Positions 19,286-28,078 of a stretch of 64,000 nucleotides of DNA are shown here, one piece after another. Origin of the DNA: a virus (Duplodnaviria > Caudoviricetes). Numbering within the stretch: the first letter of the stretch is position 1; every line of letters starts with the position of its first letter. The stretch is from positions 192,001-256,000 of the IMG/VR virus record IMGVR_UViG_3300029288_005873; one strand, 5' to 3'. The position numbers and the translations under genes were made by a program. Under the pieces are notes generated by a model. The model saw only the letters and a program-made list of their open reading frames with translations. It ran no database searches and had not been told where the DNA came from.

Positions 19286-19890
19286 TTATCCCTCATCACG
19301 TAGACTCCGGGCTGTATCTGATCCATGCCTTCGAGCTCTGGACCGAATTCAGGAAAACCCTCGGCAAGGTCCAACGCAAGCAGACGCCAAGGGCTGGAGT
19401 TCTCGATCTTCGCCCTTTCCATGTATTCAGCATACAGACTGCCACCTTCGTCATGAGTTCCAATCAGGTTGGAATACTTCTTCGCCACCACATTCACTAC
19501 CTTCGAGAACTCTGAATCTTCTTTGCGCCTGTCGTCAACATCCCACTTATGGAGCCTCGCAAGAAGGAGCATTGTTCCAATGAACGTCTCGATCTTGCTA
19601 TCGTCCCAGTATTTGTGCCTGACACTGACGACGCCAGCATCATCCTCCGATGAGATCCAGCACTCGAACTGTTCGGAAAAGCCCGAGACTCCACGATCCC
19701 GGTTGTCGTTCCAGAAATACCCATCGTCAAGCAGAGAGCAAATCCGTTGAACGATGCGCATAGCCACGTCTATGGAATGTCTTTCGTTCTGGATATCCTT
19801 TAGGATCAGGTCGCAGATCGGTCCACGCCTGTCCAGACGATTTGTTGAGAGCTGGTAGACAATCAGCCCCTTGATAAGGTCGATCCTCAT
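19282..19890 (-). CDS. hypothetical protein
   Basis: 202 aa ORF, ATGA overlaps. Confidence 0.65.
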   Translation of the reverse strand: MRIDLIKGLIVYQLSTNRLDRRGPICDLILKDIQNERHSIDVAMRIVQRICSLLDDGYFWNDNRDRGVSGFSEQFECWISSEDDAGVVSVRHKYWDDSKIETFIGTMLLLARLHKWDVDDRRKEDSEFSKVVNVVAKKYSNLIGTHDEGGSLYAEYMERAKIENSSPWRLLALDLAEGFPEFGPELEGMDQIQPGVYVMRDK

Positions 19891-20057
19891 TTTGCCTCCA
19901 TGCTCTTGAGCAAAGCCAACTGCTGATCGCTAAGTAGACACAGTAGTAGGCTGGTGGACAGTTTTCCGATCTCTTTGAATATCCTTTTGTACTCCGCCTC
20001 GTCGCCCCCGGATCGGCCTTTCGCCAGCATATCGATGATGGCTTCGCGCCTATTCAC
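19887..20057 (-). CDS. hypothetical protein
   Basis: GTG start after AAGGAG. Confidence 0.5.
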   Translation of the reverse strand: MNRREAIIDMLAKGRSGGDEAEYKRIFKEIGKLSTSLLLCLLSDQQLALLKSMEAK

Positions 20058-20067
20058 AGTGGCTCCT

Positions 20068-20445
20068 TTATTTAGTGGTTGAGAGAAGATCTTCAAGTTC
20101 CTTTGCCACACTTCTGTCGATGTCGAATTGCCACCTTTTTACGATCGTACCTTCTGGCGCATGTGTCATAAGATCCTGCGCCATCCATTTCGCCCTGTCG
20201 CCATTCATGCTGTGTACGTTTACTACCTTTGGGAACACGCTATTGGCAATCATCCACTTGACCACATCCATTCCCGTAATCTCACACGGGTATGGACTCT
20301 GGCGGAAATCTTTGAGGTCATGGTCGAGCGAAATCGCCTCCACCTCACCCGTGGACAAGAGCGCAATTGCCTCATCAGCCGTGCGAACAACCGTCCATCC
20401 AGACGTTGGATCACGGCAGTCCTGGTCATCAAGCCACACAAGCAT
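20068..20445 (-). CDS. cyclic-phosphate-processing receiver domain (cREC) protein
   Basis: LVWLDD..R.P..GW.VVRT.DEAI.LL..ISLDHDL..TG.D..W..VHSMN. Confidence 0.8.
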   Translation of the reverse strand: MLVWLDDQDCRDPTSGWTVVRTADEAIALLSTGEVEAISLDHDLKDFRQSPYPCEITGMDVVKWMIANSVFPKVVNVHSMNGDRAKWMAQDLMTHAPEGTIVKRWQFDIDRSVAKELEDLLSTTK

Positions 20446-20454
20446 GTTATCCTC

Positions 20455-20682
20455 CTACACAGGCTTTACAGCTAGCCTGAAATGTTTCCCGATGAACGCT
20501 GGCCATATGACAAGACGTTCCCTTGGAACCAGAATCAGACCTCCGTTCCGTCCTTCGATCTCATGATGCGCCCAGTCCCATCCTTGCGGTAAGCTACCTC
20601 CCCGCTTGACCACCATAAACCTGAATGCGCCCATGAACACGGCGGCATTCAAGAAGGCGAATACCTTAGCAATCCTCAGCAT
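20455..20682 (-). CDS. hypothetical protein
   Basis: 75 aa ORF, AAGGAGG RBS. Confidence 0.55.
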   Translation of the reverse strand: MLRIAKVFAFLNAAVFMGAFRFMVVKRGGSLPQGWDWAHHEIEGRNGGLILVPRERLVIWPAFIGKHFRLAVKPV

Positions 20683-20692
20683 GTAGCCTCCT

Positions 20693-22909
20693 TTAGGCTG
20701 GCTGCCGTTTCTTGATGGTCTTTACAGCTGAAATGACGAGATCGTCGCCACCCACACGAACGAATATCTTCCCGCCAGAGAATTCCTTTCCAGATAGGAC
20801 CATGGCAGCCACTGGTTGGGTTATTCGTTCCCTCACGAGGCGGTCCATTGGTCTTGCTCCGTATACTTCATCGTATCCGTGTTCTGCAAGCCACTCTCTT
20901 GCTTGATCAGACGCCTCGAGACTAAGCCCTCTATCAGCCAGTTGCGAATTCAGCTGGCTGATAAACTTGTCCGCAACCATCAGCATAATACTAGGAGACA
21001 GGCGATTGAACTTGACGATCCCGTCTAGCCTATTGCGGAACTCAGGAGAGAAGGCTCTCAGGTATGAATCACCTTTCGGCTCCTCCACTTTACCACCGAA
21101 TCCAGGCACTCGTCTTGACTTTTCTCCAGCGCCGACATTCGTCGTCATGAGGACGATCGCATGTCTGAAGTCAGCACGGAGACCCGACGCCCCAGTCATA
21201 GAACCATAGTCCATCACCTGAAGAAGCAGGTTGAACACGTCAGGGTGCGCCTTCTCGATCTCGTCGAATAGAACTACGGAATGTGGACTCTCACGCAGAG
21301 CGTTTACCAGAATGCCCTGCTGCTCGAACCCTACATATCCTGGAGGGGCTCCCACAAGTCGAGACACGGAATGCTGCTCCATGTACTCACTCATGTCGAT
21401 TCTTACAAGCCTCATCCCCAATGCGGAAGCGATCTGCTTCGCAAGCTCCGTTTTTCCCACTCCAGTGGGTCCATCAAGTAGGAATGAGCAGATTGGACGC
21501 TCTTTCGGAGAGAGCCCAACAGCAGATGCTAGAATGGCTGCGGACACCTTGTCTATGGCTTCATCCTGTCCGAAGATCTCCTTGCGCAATGTATCAGGAA
21601 GACTACGCACAGAATCGGACTTTGACAGCCTCCTGACCTGTACGTTCGCCATAGCGGATACCGTGTCCTCAATATCAGACTCACTCACGACATCCTTTTT
21701 TGCTAGCCTGACCTTTGCCCCAGCCTCGTCGATCACATCTACGGCACTTCCGGGCAGCTTTCTTTCGCGCATGTGCTGACCGGCAAGCTCGACCGCAACC
21801 TCTAGCGCTTTCTTATCGTACTTTATCCCATGATGCCATTCGTACTTTGTAGCCAAAGCCTCTAGTATTAGGACAGAAACCTCCGCCGAAGGCTCGACAA
21901 GGTTTACTGTCTGGAATCTACGCGCTAGAGCTGTATCTTTCTCTATGCGTTTACGGTACTCGTCATTCGTTGTGGTACCAATACAGCGTAATTCGCCTGA
22001 CGCAAGTGCAGGCTTCATGATGTTCGACATATCTAGCCCACCTTCAGATGTTCCTCCAGCACCCATGATAGTGTGGACCTCATCCATGAAAAGGATGATG
22101 TTTCTACCCTTAACCTCCTCCAGTATCTTCTTCATCCTTTCCTCGAACTCACCACGATATCTTGTGCCTGCGACAACAGACCCTATGTTCAGGCTGATGA
22201 CTTTTGTTCTCGATAGGAATTCTGGCACATTCCCAGACTCTATGCGGAGGGCAAGACCCTCAACTATCGCTGTCTTTCCCACGCCAGACTCCCCAATGAG
22301 AATGGGGTTATTTTTCCTGCGTCGAGCAAGGATATGTATGACTCTGTCCACCTCGGTGTCCCTGCCTACGAATGGATCGATCTTTCCGCGCCGCGCCAGT
22401 ACGTTGAGGTCTGTCGAAAATTCGGACAAGGCAGTGACCACTGGCGCAAAAATTGGATCAACCGCTGGTGGCGGCGATGGAGGCTCGGGCAGAGGAACCT
22501 CTTTCTTTTCCACAGCGGTTTGCGGACTGGTCTCCATCCCGAATTTGCTTGGGGAAATCCCAGACTTCTTCAAGATGAAGCCGAACTCGTAATCCATGGC
22601 AAGGGCAGTCATAAACTCCTTTATTCCAGCATCCCCACTGATGTCGACGGAGAGTGACATGCTCTTGATTTTGACGCTAAGAGTTGCGCGGACAGGACCT
22701 TTCGTCAGCACAGGTGATCTTTTGGAAATCCGCTCCTCGGTTACCTTTAGGATGGCATCGGTATCGCATCCATATCCAGCAAGGAATGCTTTGCCATCTT
22801 TGTTGCGCACCATTGCGCACAGGAGATTGTCGATGTTGGCTATTCTAAACCTTCTTTTGGCTGCATCCTTAATTGCGGCATCCAGGATGGTTTTCAGTTC
22901 GGACTTCAT
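20693..22909 (-). CDS. clpA: Clp protease ATP-binding subunit (ClpA-like)
   Basis: Two AAA+ modules (GESGVGKT, GPTGVGKT), no ClpB middle domain, PGF loop (ClpP-binding IGF-like). Confidence 0.9.
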   Translation of the reverse strand: MKSELKTILDAAIKDAAKRRFRIANIDNLLCAMVRNKDGKAFLAGYGCDTDAILKVTEERISKRSPVLTKGPVRATLSVKIKSMSLSVDISGDAGIKEFMTALAMDYEFGFILKKSGISPSKFGMETSPQTAVEKKEVPLPEPPSPPPAVDPIFAPVVTALSEFSTDLNVLARRGKIDPFVGRDTEVDRVIHILARRRKNNPILIGESGVGKTAIVEGLALRIESGNVPEFLSRTKVISLNIGSVVAGTRYRGEFEERMKKILEEVKGRNIILFMDEVHTIMGAGGTSEGGLDMSNIMKPALASGELRCIGTTTNDEYRKRIEKDTALARRFQTVNLVEPSAEVSVLILEALATKYEWHHGIKYDKKALEVAVELAGQHMRERKLPGSAVDVIDEAGAKVRLAKKDVVSESDIEDTVSAMANVQVRRLSKSDSVRSLPDTLRKEIFGQDEAIDKVSAAILASAVGLSPKERPICSFLLDGPTGVGKTELAKQIASALGMRLVRIDMSEYMEQHSVSRLVGAPPGYVGFEQQGILVNALRESPHSVVLFDEIEKAHPDVFNLLLQVMDYGSMTGASGLRADFRHAIVLMTTNVGAGEKSRRVPGFGGKVEEPKGDSYLRAFSPEFRNRLDGIVKFNRLSPSIMLMVADKFISQLNSQLADRGLSLEASDQAREWLAEHGYDEVYGARPMDRLVRERITQPVAAMVLSGKEFSGGKIFVRVGGDDLVISAVKTIKKRQPA

Positions 22910-22949
22910 CCATCACCTCACTGGTTTTTTGACATTTAGCGACAAACTT

Positions 22950-23567
22950 TCAGGGCTCACATTTTGGGCAGTACTTGAACATCGGACCCATATGCGGATC
23001 GCGAAGCCTGCCACCGCATCTGGCGCACACAGTCGCCTCTGGCATTGTATTTGCTGCCTTAAGGGAAATCTCATCGATGGCAGCTTCGTTCATGCGGAAC
23101 AGTGTTCCGTCAAACAGCCACCCTGCTTCCTGACGATAGCATAGGTTCCCATGGTTCTCCAAATGCGCACCGCAATCCATGTCTCCGTTAGGCCAGTTGT
23201 TTTCAAAATCTCCGCCGCAGGAACATGGTAGGACTTTTCCTTTGTATCCATTATATTCGAAAATGTTTCCAGGAACTGGAACAGGATCAAGGGAACAACT
23301 CTCGACCTGTCGTTTGTCGTCCCCAGAGATAAACTCGAACATAGGAGCTACATTATTGTAATCTGCGTAGAACTGACCACCTGGGAAAGCTAGATCAAAT
23401 GACATAAGATTAGCCAGTTTTACATTGACGAAGGTTTTATTGCTTGTGACTACGTGAACCTCATCAACCCTGACAACATCTTTTATATTCCGTCTCGCTT
23501 CCCCAAGGTAGGAATGTTTTGAACCCTCAGGATTCAGCCTCACCATATCCCCAGACCACGGGATCAT
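22950..23567 (-). CDS. C-terminal Zn-ribbon (CPKCEP) family protein, copy 6
   Basis: Ends CARCGGRLRDPHMGPMFKYCPKCEP. Confidence 0.75.
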   Translation of the reverse strand: MIPWSGDMVRLNPEGSKHSYLGEARRNIKDVVRVDEVHVVTSNKTFVNVKLANLMSFDLAFPGGQFYADYNNVAPMFEFISGDDKRQVESCSLDPVPVPGNIFEYNGYKGKVLPCSCGGDFENNWPNGDMDCGAHLENHGNLCYRQEAGWLFDGTLFRMNEAAIDEISLKAANTMPEATVCARCGGRLRDPHMGPMFKYCPKCEP

Positions 23568-23821
23568 TTCACCACCTCTAGCGTATAGCTGGCGCGCACC
23601 GAGACTCGATTAATTTGACCACGGAAAACCATGTGCTCACCCATCTTACCCTTAGTCTCCATGTACTCTGATACAGTCATCTCGACCAGCCTGATTGTTC
23701 CATCATTCCTGACAGAAACGACAGATACCTTCACGAAGCTGTCATCAGCTACAGACTTCCCGTCTTCGCAGACGTCATCATATATCCCAGGAGAGGTTGA
23801 CTTCGGCCATTGGTCGTTCAT
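23564..23821 (-). CDS. hypothetical protein
   Basis: 85 aa ORF, GAGGAG RBS. Confidence 0.55.
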   Translation of the reverse strand: MNDQWPKSTSPGIYDDVCEDGKSVADDSFVKVSVVSVRNDGTIRLVEMTVSEYMETKGKMGEHMVFRGQINRVSVRASYTLEVVK

Positions 23822-23831
23822 GATTCACTCC

Positions 23832-24149
23832 TCAATTCTTTCCGAACAGGCTGCGATTGTCTATACCGTTTGCTAACTCAAACTCGGTACAGAGGTTGGA
23901 AAGCTCTTTGTATTTCTCCCACCCAACAACCTTTGCTCCCTTGGATATCCGTATCGGATCTTCGCTTCTTGCCGCCAATTTCTTGGCCGCTAGCCAGCCG
24001 TACGCTCCCGGGAGCAGAAAAATCCAAAGAAACACAAAACACAACCAAGATTCGCCCGATTCGCTCCAGGCAGCTTTCGATCGCAACATCCCAGCAGTGT
24101 ATCCAGCCCCCAAGGACCACACCAAAATTCCGACCAATATCCACGTCAT
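23832..24149 (-). CDS. membrane protein
   Basis: Two TM helices. Confidence 0.6.
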   Translation of the reverse strand: MTWILVGILVWSLGAGYTAGMLRSKAAWSESGESWLCFVFLWIFLLPGAYGWLAAKKLAARSEDPIRISKGAKVVGWEKYKELSNLCTEFELANGIDNRSLFGKN

Positions 24150-24757
24150 CGGTCTTCTCCCTTGCTGTTTTTGCCGACCAGGTCCTTGATCGTGCTTTCC
24201 TTCAAGAATGCTACGGGATTTAACATCATTGTTGCGATCTCTTTGGAATTAGCTGATTCTACGATATCATAGATGTCGCTAATGGAAAAACCGAGGGTAA
24301 ATATGTCTTCAACTGTTTCTACCAAACACTCTGACACCGATCGCACGGTCTTGATGGGAATGTTCACCATCTCAATAGAAGCAAGCTTCTTTGACAGCAC
24401 AATTTCTGTTTGGCGAACTGCTGTTTCCCACCGAATGATGGAATCTACCTCTTCGACTCCAACGTGGTAATTATCACTGGCAACAAGCATATCAATGCCA
24501 ACCTTGATGGTTTTTCCACGCCAACATTCGGCTACTGGTTCCACATCGTACGAGTTACCTTCTTTGTGGACAACTAGCACTGGGACAGTTGTACCATCGA
24601 GGAACAACCCACCGTTTCGCCGAAATTTTCCGCACGCTTGGTCGGTTGGATCGTGCTCCAGTTGGTTCTTTATATCTCGCCCACAACGCCATCCCGGACG
24701 CCGTGAAAATAGACTTGATCCGAAGTAGACACATTCCGAACACATAGCATCAATCAT
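24146..24757 (-). CDS. hypothetical protein with N-terminal Cys cluster
   Basis: Start re-assigned to MIDAMC (GAGGAG RBS) downstream of tRNA-Pro. Confidence 0.6.
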   Translation of the reverse strand: MIDAMCSECVYFGSSLFSRRPGWRCGRDIKNQLEHDPTDQACGKFRRNGGLFLDGTTVPVLVVHKEGNSYDVEPVAECWRGKTIKVGIDMLVASDNYHVGVEEVDSIIRWETAVRQTEIVLSKKLASIEMVNIPIKTVRSVSECLVETVEDIFTLGFSISDIYDIVESANSKEIATMMLNPVAFLKESTIKDLVGKNSKGEDR

Positions 24758-24771
24758 CTTGATCTCCTCAC

Positions 24772-24849
24772 TGGTCGGGGTAACTGGATTTGAACCAGCG
24801 ACCTCTCGGTCCCAGGCCGAGCGCTCTAACCAGGCTGAGCTACACCCCG
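24772..24849 (-). tRNA. tRNA-Pro(UGG)
   Basis: CGGGGTG acceptor, CTCGG-CCTGGGA-CCGAG, encoded CCA; C at position 33. Confidence 0.9.
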
Positions 24850-24976
24850 ATGCCAACTTCTAGAACTCTTTGGCTTGGATAAAGCTGGCAAAGACCCAAA
24901 CCAAACGGAACCGATATGGTTCCAGGGGCGCCCTTCGGCGCCTCCACCAGTCCGTTTTAGGAACGGACAAACCAAT

Positions 24977-25714
24977 TCACTTTTTCATCGTTGCCAGTTG
25001 ACCAAGTAGTGTTTGGTCGGGATCGATACTTACTTCAACTCCTCCGACAACTGCTTTGTCTCCCTTGCGACTGAAAATCGTTCCTGGTTCAATCTCTCCA
25101 ACTGCTTCTCTTGCTTTCCGATTCTCTTCTTCGTCACCACGGAAAATCTCATGTTCAAAAGCAGAATGAAGCAAGCGGGCTTCTTCCTTTAGCCCAGCTT
25201 CATTAAGAAGCTCCAAAGCCTTTCTCTGATTCTCACTTGGGATCATAGCAATTGTCACTCTATCTTTTGACAAAGAAGCCAAAGACATCGAGGGCGGACC
25301 ACGAAACTTCGCCTCGACTCCAAACTCCTCTTCATGATTGGCGCGGACAGCATCAAGAATGTTGACCGTCATCTTCATCAGCCTAACCATTTGTGGAACT
25401 GTGAAGATGATTTCAGCCTGCCCGCCACAACCACGTGCGAAGAAATGGATTCGTTGATCGTAAAGACCAAAGTGATTGACGTGACACGTGGCTCCAACAC
25501 TGTCTGAAGACTGAAAATACGGAGCACCAAAGGCGAATTTCCCGCCTTTGTAATAATGCCCAATAATTCCAGCCTTATGGCATTTGTCGCAGCCAGAGCC
25601 AAAGCAATCCTGACATTCGCTCATGTTTCCTTGGCGCCATCCGTCTTCGAGAAGTTCTTTCACTTCAGCAGAAGTGAGTATGCGATCATAAGGATTTTCA
25701 GGAATGTTTACCAT
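24977..25714 (-). CDS. hypothetical protein with CxxCxGxGCxxC motif
   Basis: Start re-assigned to MVNIPENP after AGGAG. Confidence 0.6.
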   Translation of the reverse strand: MVNIPENPYDRILTSAEVKELLEDGWRQGNMSECQDCFGSGCDKCHKAGIIGHYYKGGKFAFGAPYFQSSDSVGATCHVNHFGLYDQRIHFFARGCGGQAEIIFTVPQMVRLMKMTVNILDAVRANHEEEFGVEAKFRGPPSMSLASLSKDRVTIAMIPSENQRKALELLNEAGLKEEARLLHSAFEHEIFRGDEEENRKAREAVGEIEPGTIFSRKGDKAVVGGVEVSIDPDQTLLGQLATMKK

Positions 25715-25737
25715 TGCTTTGTCTCCTGTTTTGTTTT

Positions 25738-26080
25738 TGGTGGGCCTGTCCGGACTCGAACCGGAAACCCGCGGTTTATGCAAACTATCTACGTGTTTCC
25801 ACGCCGCTTTTCAGCGTTTGTAGTCTGGACTATCCCTTCCCTTTCGGGTCTGCCGTCTAGTCTCTACACCTTCAGGATTTCTCCCGCTTGGCTCGGGATT
25901 GGCATGAGAGTTTCCTCTTTTAGCTTTCCCCGACTTTGACAGAATTCACTAACACACTTGCCTCGGTTGCCCGCACATAATATGTTAGAGTCCCAAGTAG
26001 TGAATCATGCGCCAAAAAAGCGTTTAGATTTCAACTACTTAATCAAGACCGCCGCTCTAACCTAATTGAGCTACAGGCCC
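25738..26080 (-). tRNA. tRNA-Ile2(CAU), intron-containing (exons 26046-26080 and 25738-25780)
   Basis: GGGCCTG/CAGGCCC acceptor with C4-G69 and C5-G68, loop CT^CATAA, CCA; tilS adjacent. Confidence 0.88.
25781..26045 (-). ncRNA. group I intron in tRNA-Ile2 anticodon loop (33/34)
   Basis: R GUAGAGACUA, S GGGAUAGUCC (P7 GACUA/UAGUC), extended P1 ending GGGAC, terminal G. Confidence 0.9.
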
Positions 26081-26198
26081 AATGTCGCCTTACATTCGCC
26101 TACTAAGCCAAAAACTGTTGGCTTGCATTCGACTACTAAGACGACCTATTCCTTTACAAAGGTCAAATCTCGAATTGTCTCGCCGAAAGCGTCTGGGC

Positions 26199-26882
26199 TC
26201 ATTCTTGTTCTCCCTGATACATTTTGCTGATGACCTTTGGAAATCCTGGATTGATTTTCAACACTTCTGGCATAATCACTTGTCTAATCCTAACTCTTGG
26301 ATAAGAGACATCATGATTGCCGGGGTCCATCACATATGGAACCTGTTTTCGCTTACACCAATCGACCATGTCTGCTTTGCGACTGAGAAGAAACGGTCGA
26401 ATAATATGAACCGAATACTTTGCCTCGTATTCTGATGTTGTCATACCTAGATCTTTTAGTGCTGGTTTTGACAGATCTTTTGTCCACAGATATCTGTCGC
26501 GTGGAATCAACTGTCCTTCACCATGAAGACTTGTAAAAATCCAAGTCTCCATAGCATCGTCTAGAGTGTGAGCCATTACAAGCGTTTTGCTCGGCGCCAC
26601 CTTTTTGAAAAACTCATACCTTGCTTGTCGCCAAAAGTTTTCTTTGCTCTCACCTTCTGGCATTTCGGTTTGAATCATACCAGTGATTAGAGGAACTCCC
26701 ATTCGTCGCATCATATCAACGACAAATTCCTCCGCATCTGCTCCGTGTTTTGTACCATGATTAAAGTGTAGAGCAGTCACATTATGAGCGCGACGGAGGA
26801 AGTCAAGAGCAGCCATTGAATCAGGACCACCACTTACAGCTACATAAACATCTTTCGGCACTTCCATTAGAAGACGAAACAT
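26199..26882 (-). CDS. tilS: tRNA(Ile)-lysidine synthase (short form)
   Basis: AVSGGPDSMA PP-loop, HFNHG, RQARY, AHTLDD, IIRPFL, DPGN..R..IR. Confidence 0.9.
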   Translation of the reverse strand: MFRLLMEVPKDVYVAVSGGPDSMAALDFLRRAHNVTALHFNHGTKHGADAEEFVVDMMRRMGVPLITGMIQTEMPEGESKENFWRQARYEFFKKVAPSKTLVMAHTLDDAMETWIFTSLHGEGQLIPRDRYLWTKDLSKPALKDLGMTTSEYEAKYSVHIIRPFLLSRKADMVDWCKRKQVPYVMDPGNHDVSYPRVRIRQVIMPEVLKINPGFPKVISKMYQGEQE

Positions 26883-27092
26883 CTTTATCTCGTTTTGATG
26901 ATGTTATACCACTGTTACTATTCCCACTGACCAGTTGGTCTGGTATCATAATGATCGGCAAGTCTATGTAAACGAGTCGAGAGCCGATTGTCTTTATAGC
27001 CAAAAGACTTCTCGATTAGCCATAGACAAAATTCCTGCCAATGATCATAAATCCAACTCTTCATATTGTACCAGAACATTCTCTTCTCCCTT

Positions 27093-27162
27093 TGGTCTTC
27101 TGGATTGGGTACGAACCAACATTTCCGTTCGCGACACGGCGTCCTCGTTAGACGACCAGAAG
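27093..27162 (-). tRNA. atypical 70-nt tRNA-like RNA (nominal anticodon CGC)
   Basis: CTTCTGG/CCAGAAG acceptor + ACCA, reduced D loop, CCGT-GTCGCGA-ACGG, GTTGG-TTCGTAC-CCAAT. Confidence 0.6.
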
Positions 27163-27186
27163 GTATCAGTGTAAGTTTATTAGACG

Positions 27187-27257
27187 GTCAGACCACGGGT
27201 GATACTTTTCACATAGTCTATCTGCCATGTTACTTTCAGTATCACCCGTGGTCTGAC
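27187..27257. repeat. perfect 20-bp inverted repeat directly 3' of tmRNA
   Basis: GTCAGACCACGGGTGATACT (27187-27206) and AGTATCACCCGTGGTCTGAC (27238-27257). Confidence 0.9.
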
Positions 27258-27261
27258 TAGT

Positions 27262-27637
27262 TGGACGTGCCGGAAGTCGAATCCGGGTCCGCAACATCTT
27301 GATCGTGAAGTCATCCACATGCTTGGTTTCCATTTACTATTCCAGCAGGCGGGAAACGCGCCCATACTGAAAAGACCCATTGAGGCATTTTCGGTGGAAG
27401 TCTCAGGGTTTGAGTAGCTTCCTTAGTAGCCTCTCCCTACAATCCCTGTCCGATGACGCCGATCCCCAGAGTCACAGGGCCGGAGCCCGAGGTCAGCGGA
27501 TGCTAGGCAGCTGCCAGCATCTGGTTCGCGTTGTTGTTCGCGTTTGTTGTCTGTCCCAGTTTTTTCATGGCAGCCTGGAACACCTGCCAGCATGCACTCC
27601 AGTCTCTCAATACCACGTCGATACCAAATTCACGCCC
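27262..27637 (-). ncRNA. ssrA: tmRNA, tag ANNNANQMLAAA* (27503-27541)
   Basis: 5' GGGCGTGAA..TCGAC, 3' GGACCCGGATTCGACTTCCGGCACGTCCA, G3.U70 pair, GCATG/CATGT helix, tag ending LAAA. Confidence 0.95.
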
Positions 27638-27642
27638 GTTAG

Positions 27643-28059
27643 TTAAAAATGTCCTAATCGTATTTTTCTACAAGCGCTCTGAGTTGAATTAACATTATAT
27701 CCAGTTATTTTGGATATTCTTTTGTACCCATATCCCTCCTCAATCAACTCTCTTATCCATTCGTAATCTATAATACTAGAAAAAGTTCCATCTTCCCAGT
27801 GATGTTTTGTATGTCCTCCTCTGCTTTTTAGTTCCAAATTATCGGGGTCATCATTCAGCTTATTCTTATCTTTGTGATGAACACATTCATTTGGTCCTAA
27901 TATTCGACCTAACTTTTGTTCCATTACATATCTAGAACGTAGTATATAGCCTCTACAATTTGCTCCGACATGGTCTGGAACATAGACAGCTATTCTTCCA
28001 CCACCAACCTTACTCTGCTTTAGTTTGTTTACTTCTATAATTATCTCTTCTCGTTCCAC
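27643..28059 (-). CDS. HNH endonuclease with C-terminal HTH
   Basis: RYVMEQKLGR.L...ECVHHKDKNKLNDDPDNLEL..GGHTKHH; AT-rich. Confidence 0.88.
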   Translation of the reverse strand: MEREEIIIEVNKLKQSKVGGGRIAVYVPDHVGANCRGYILRSRYVMEQKLGRILGPNECVHHKDKNKLNDDPDNLELKSRGGHTKHHWEDGTFSSIIDYEWIRELIEEGYGYKRISKITGYNVNSTQSACRKIRLGHF

Positions 28060-28078
28060 TTACTTCTCTCCCATAAAA

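Noticed and set aside
21231-23144. Long plus-strand ORFs (also 1234..1872, 3602..4276, 41698..42315, 44679..45410)
   Set aside because: Antisense shadows of well-supported minus-strand genes, with no recognisable motifs
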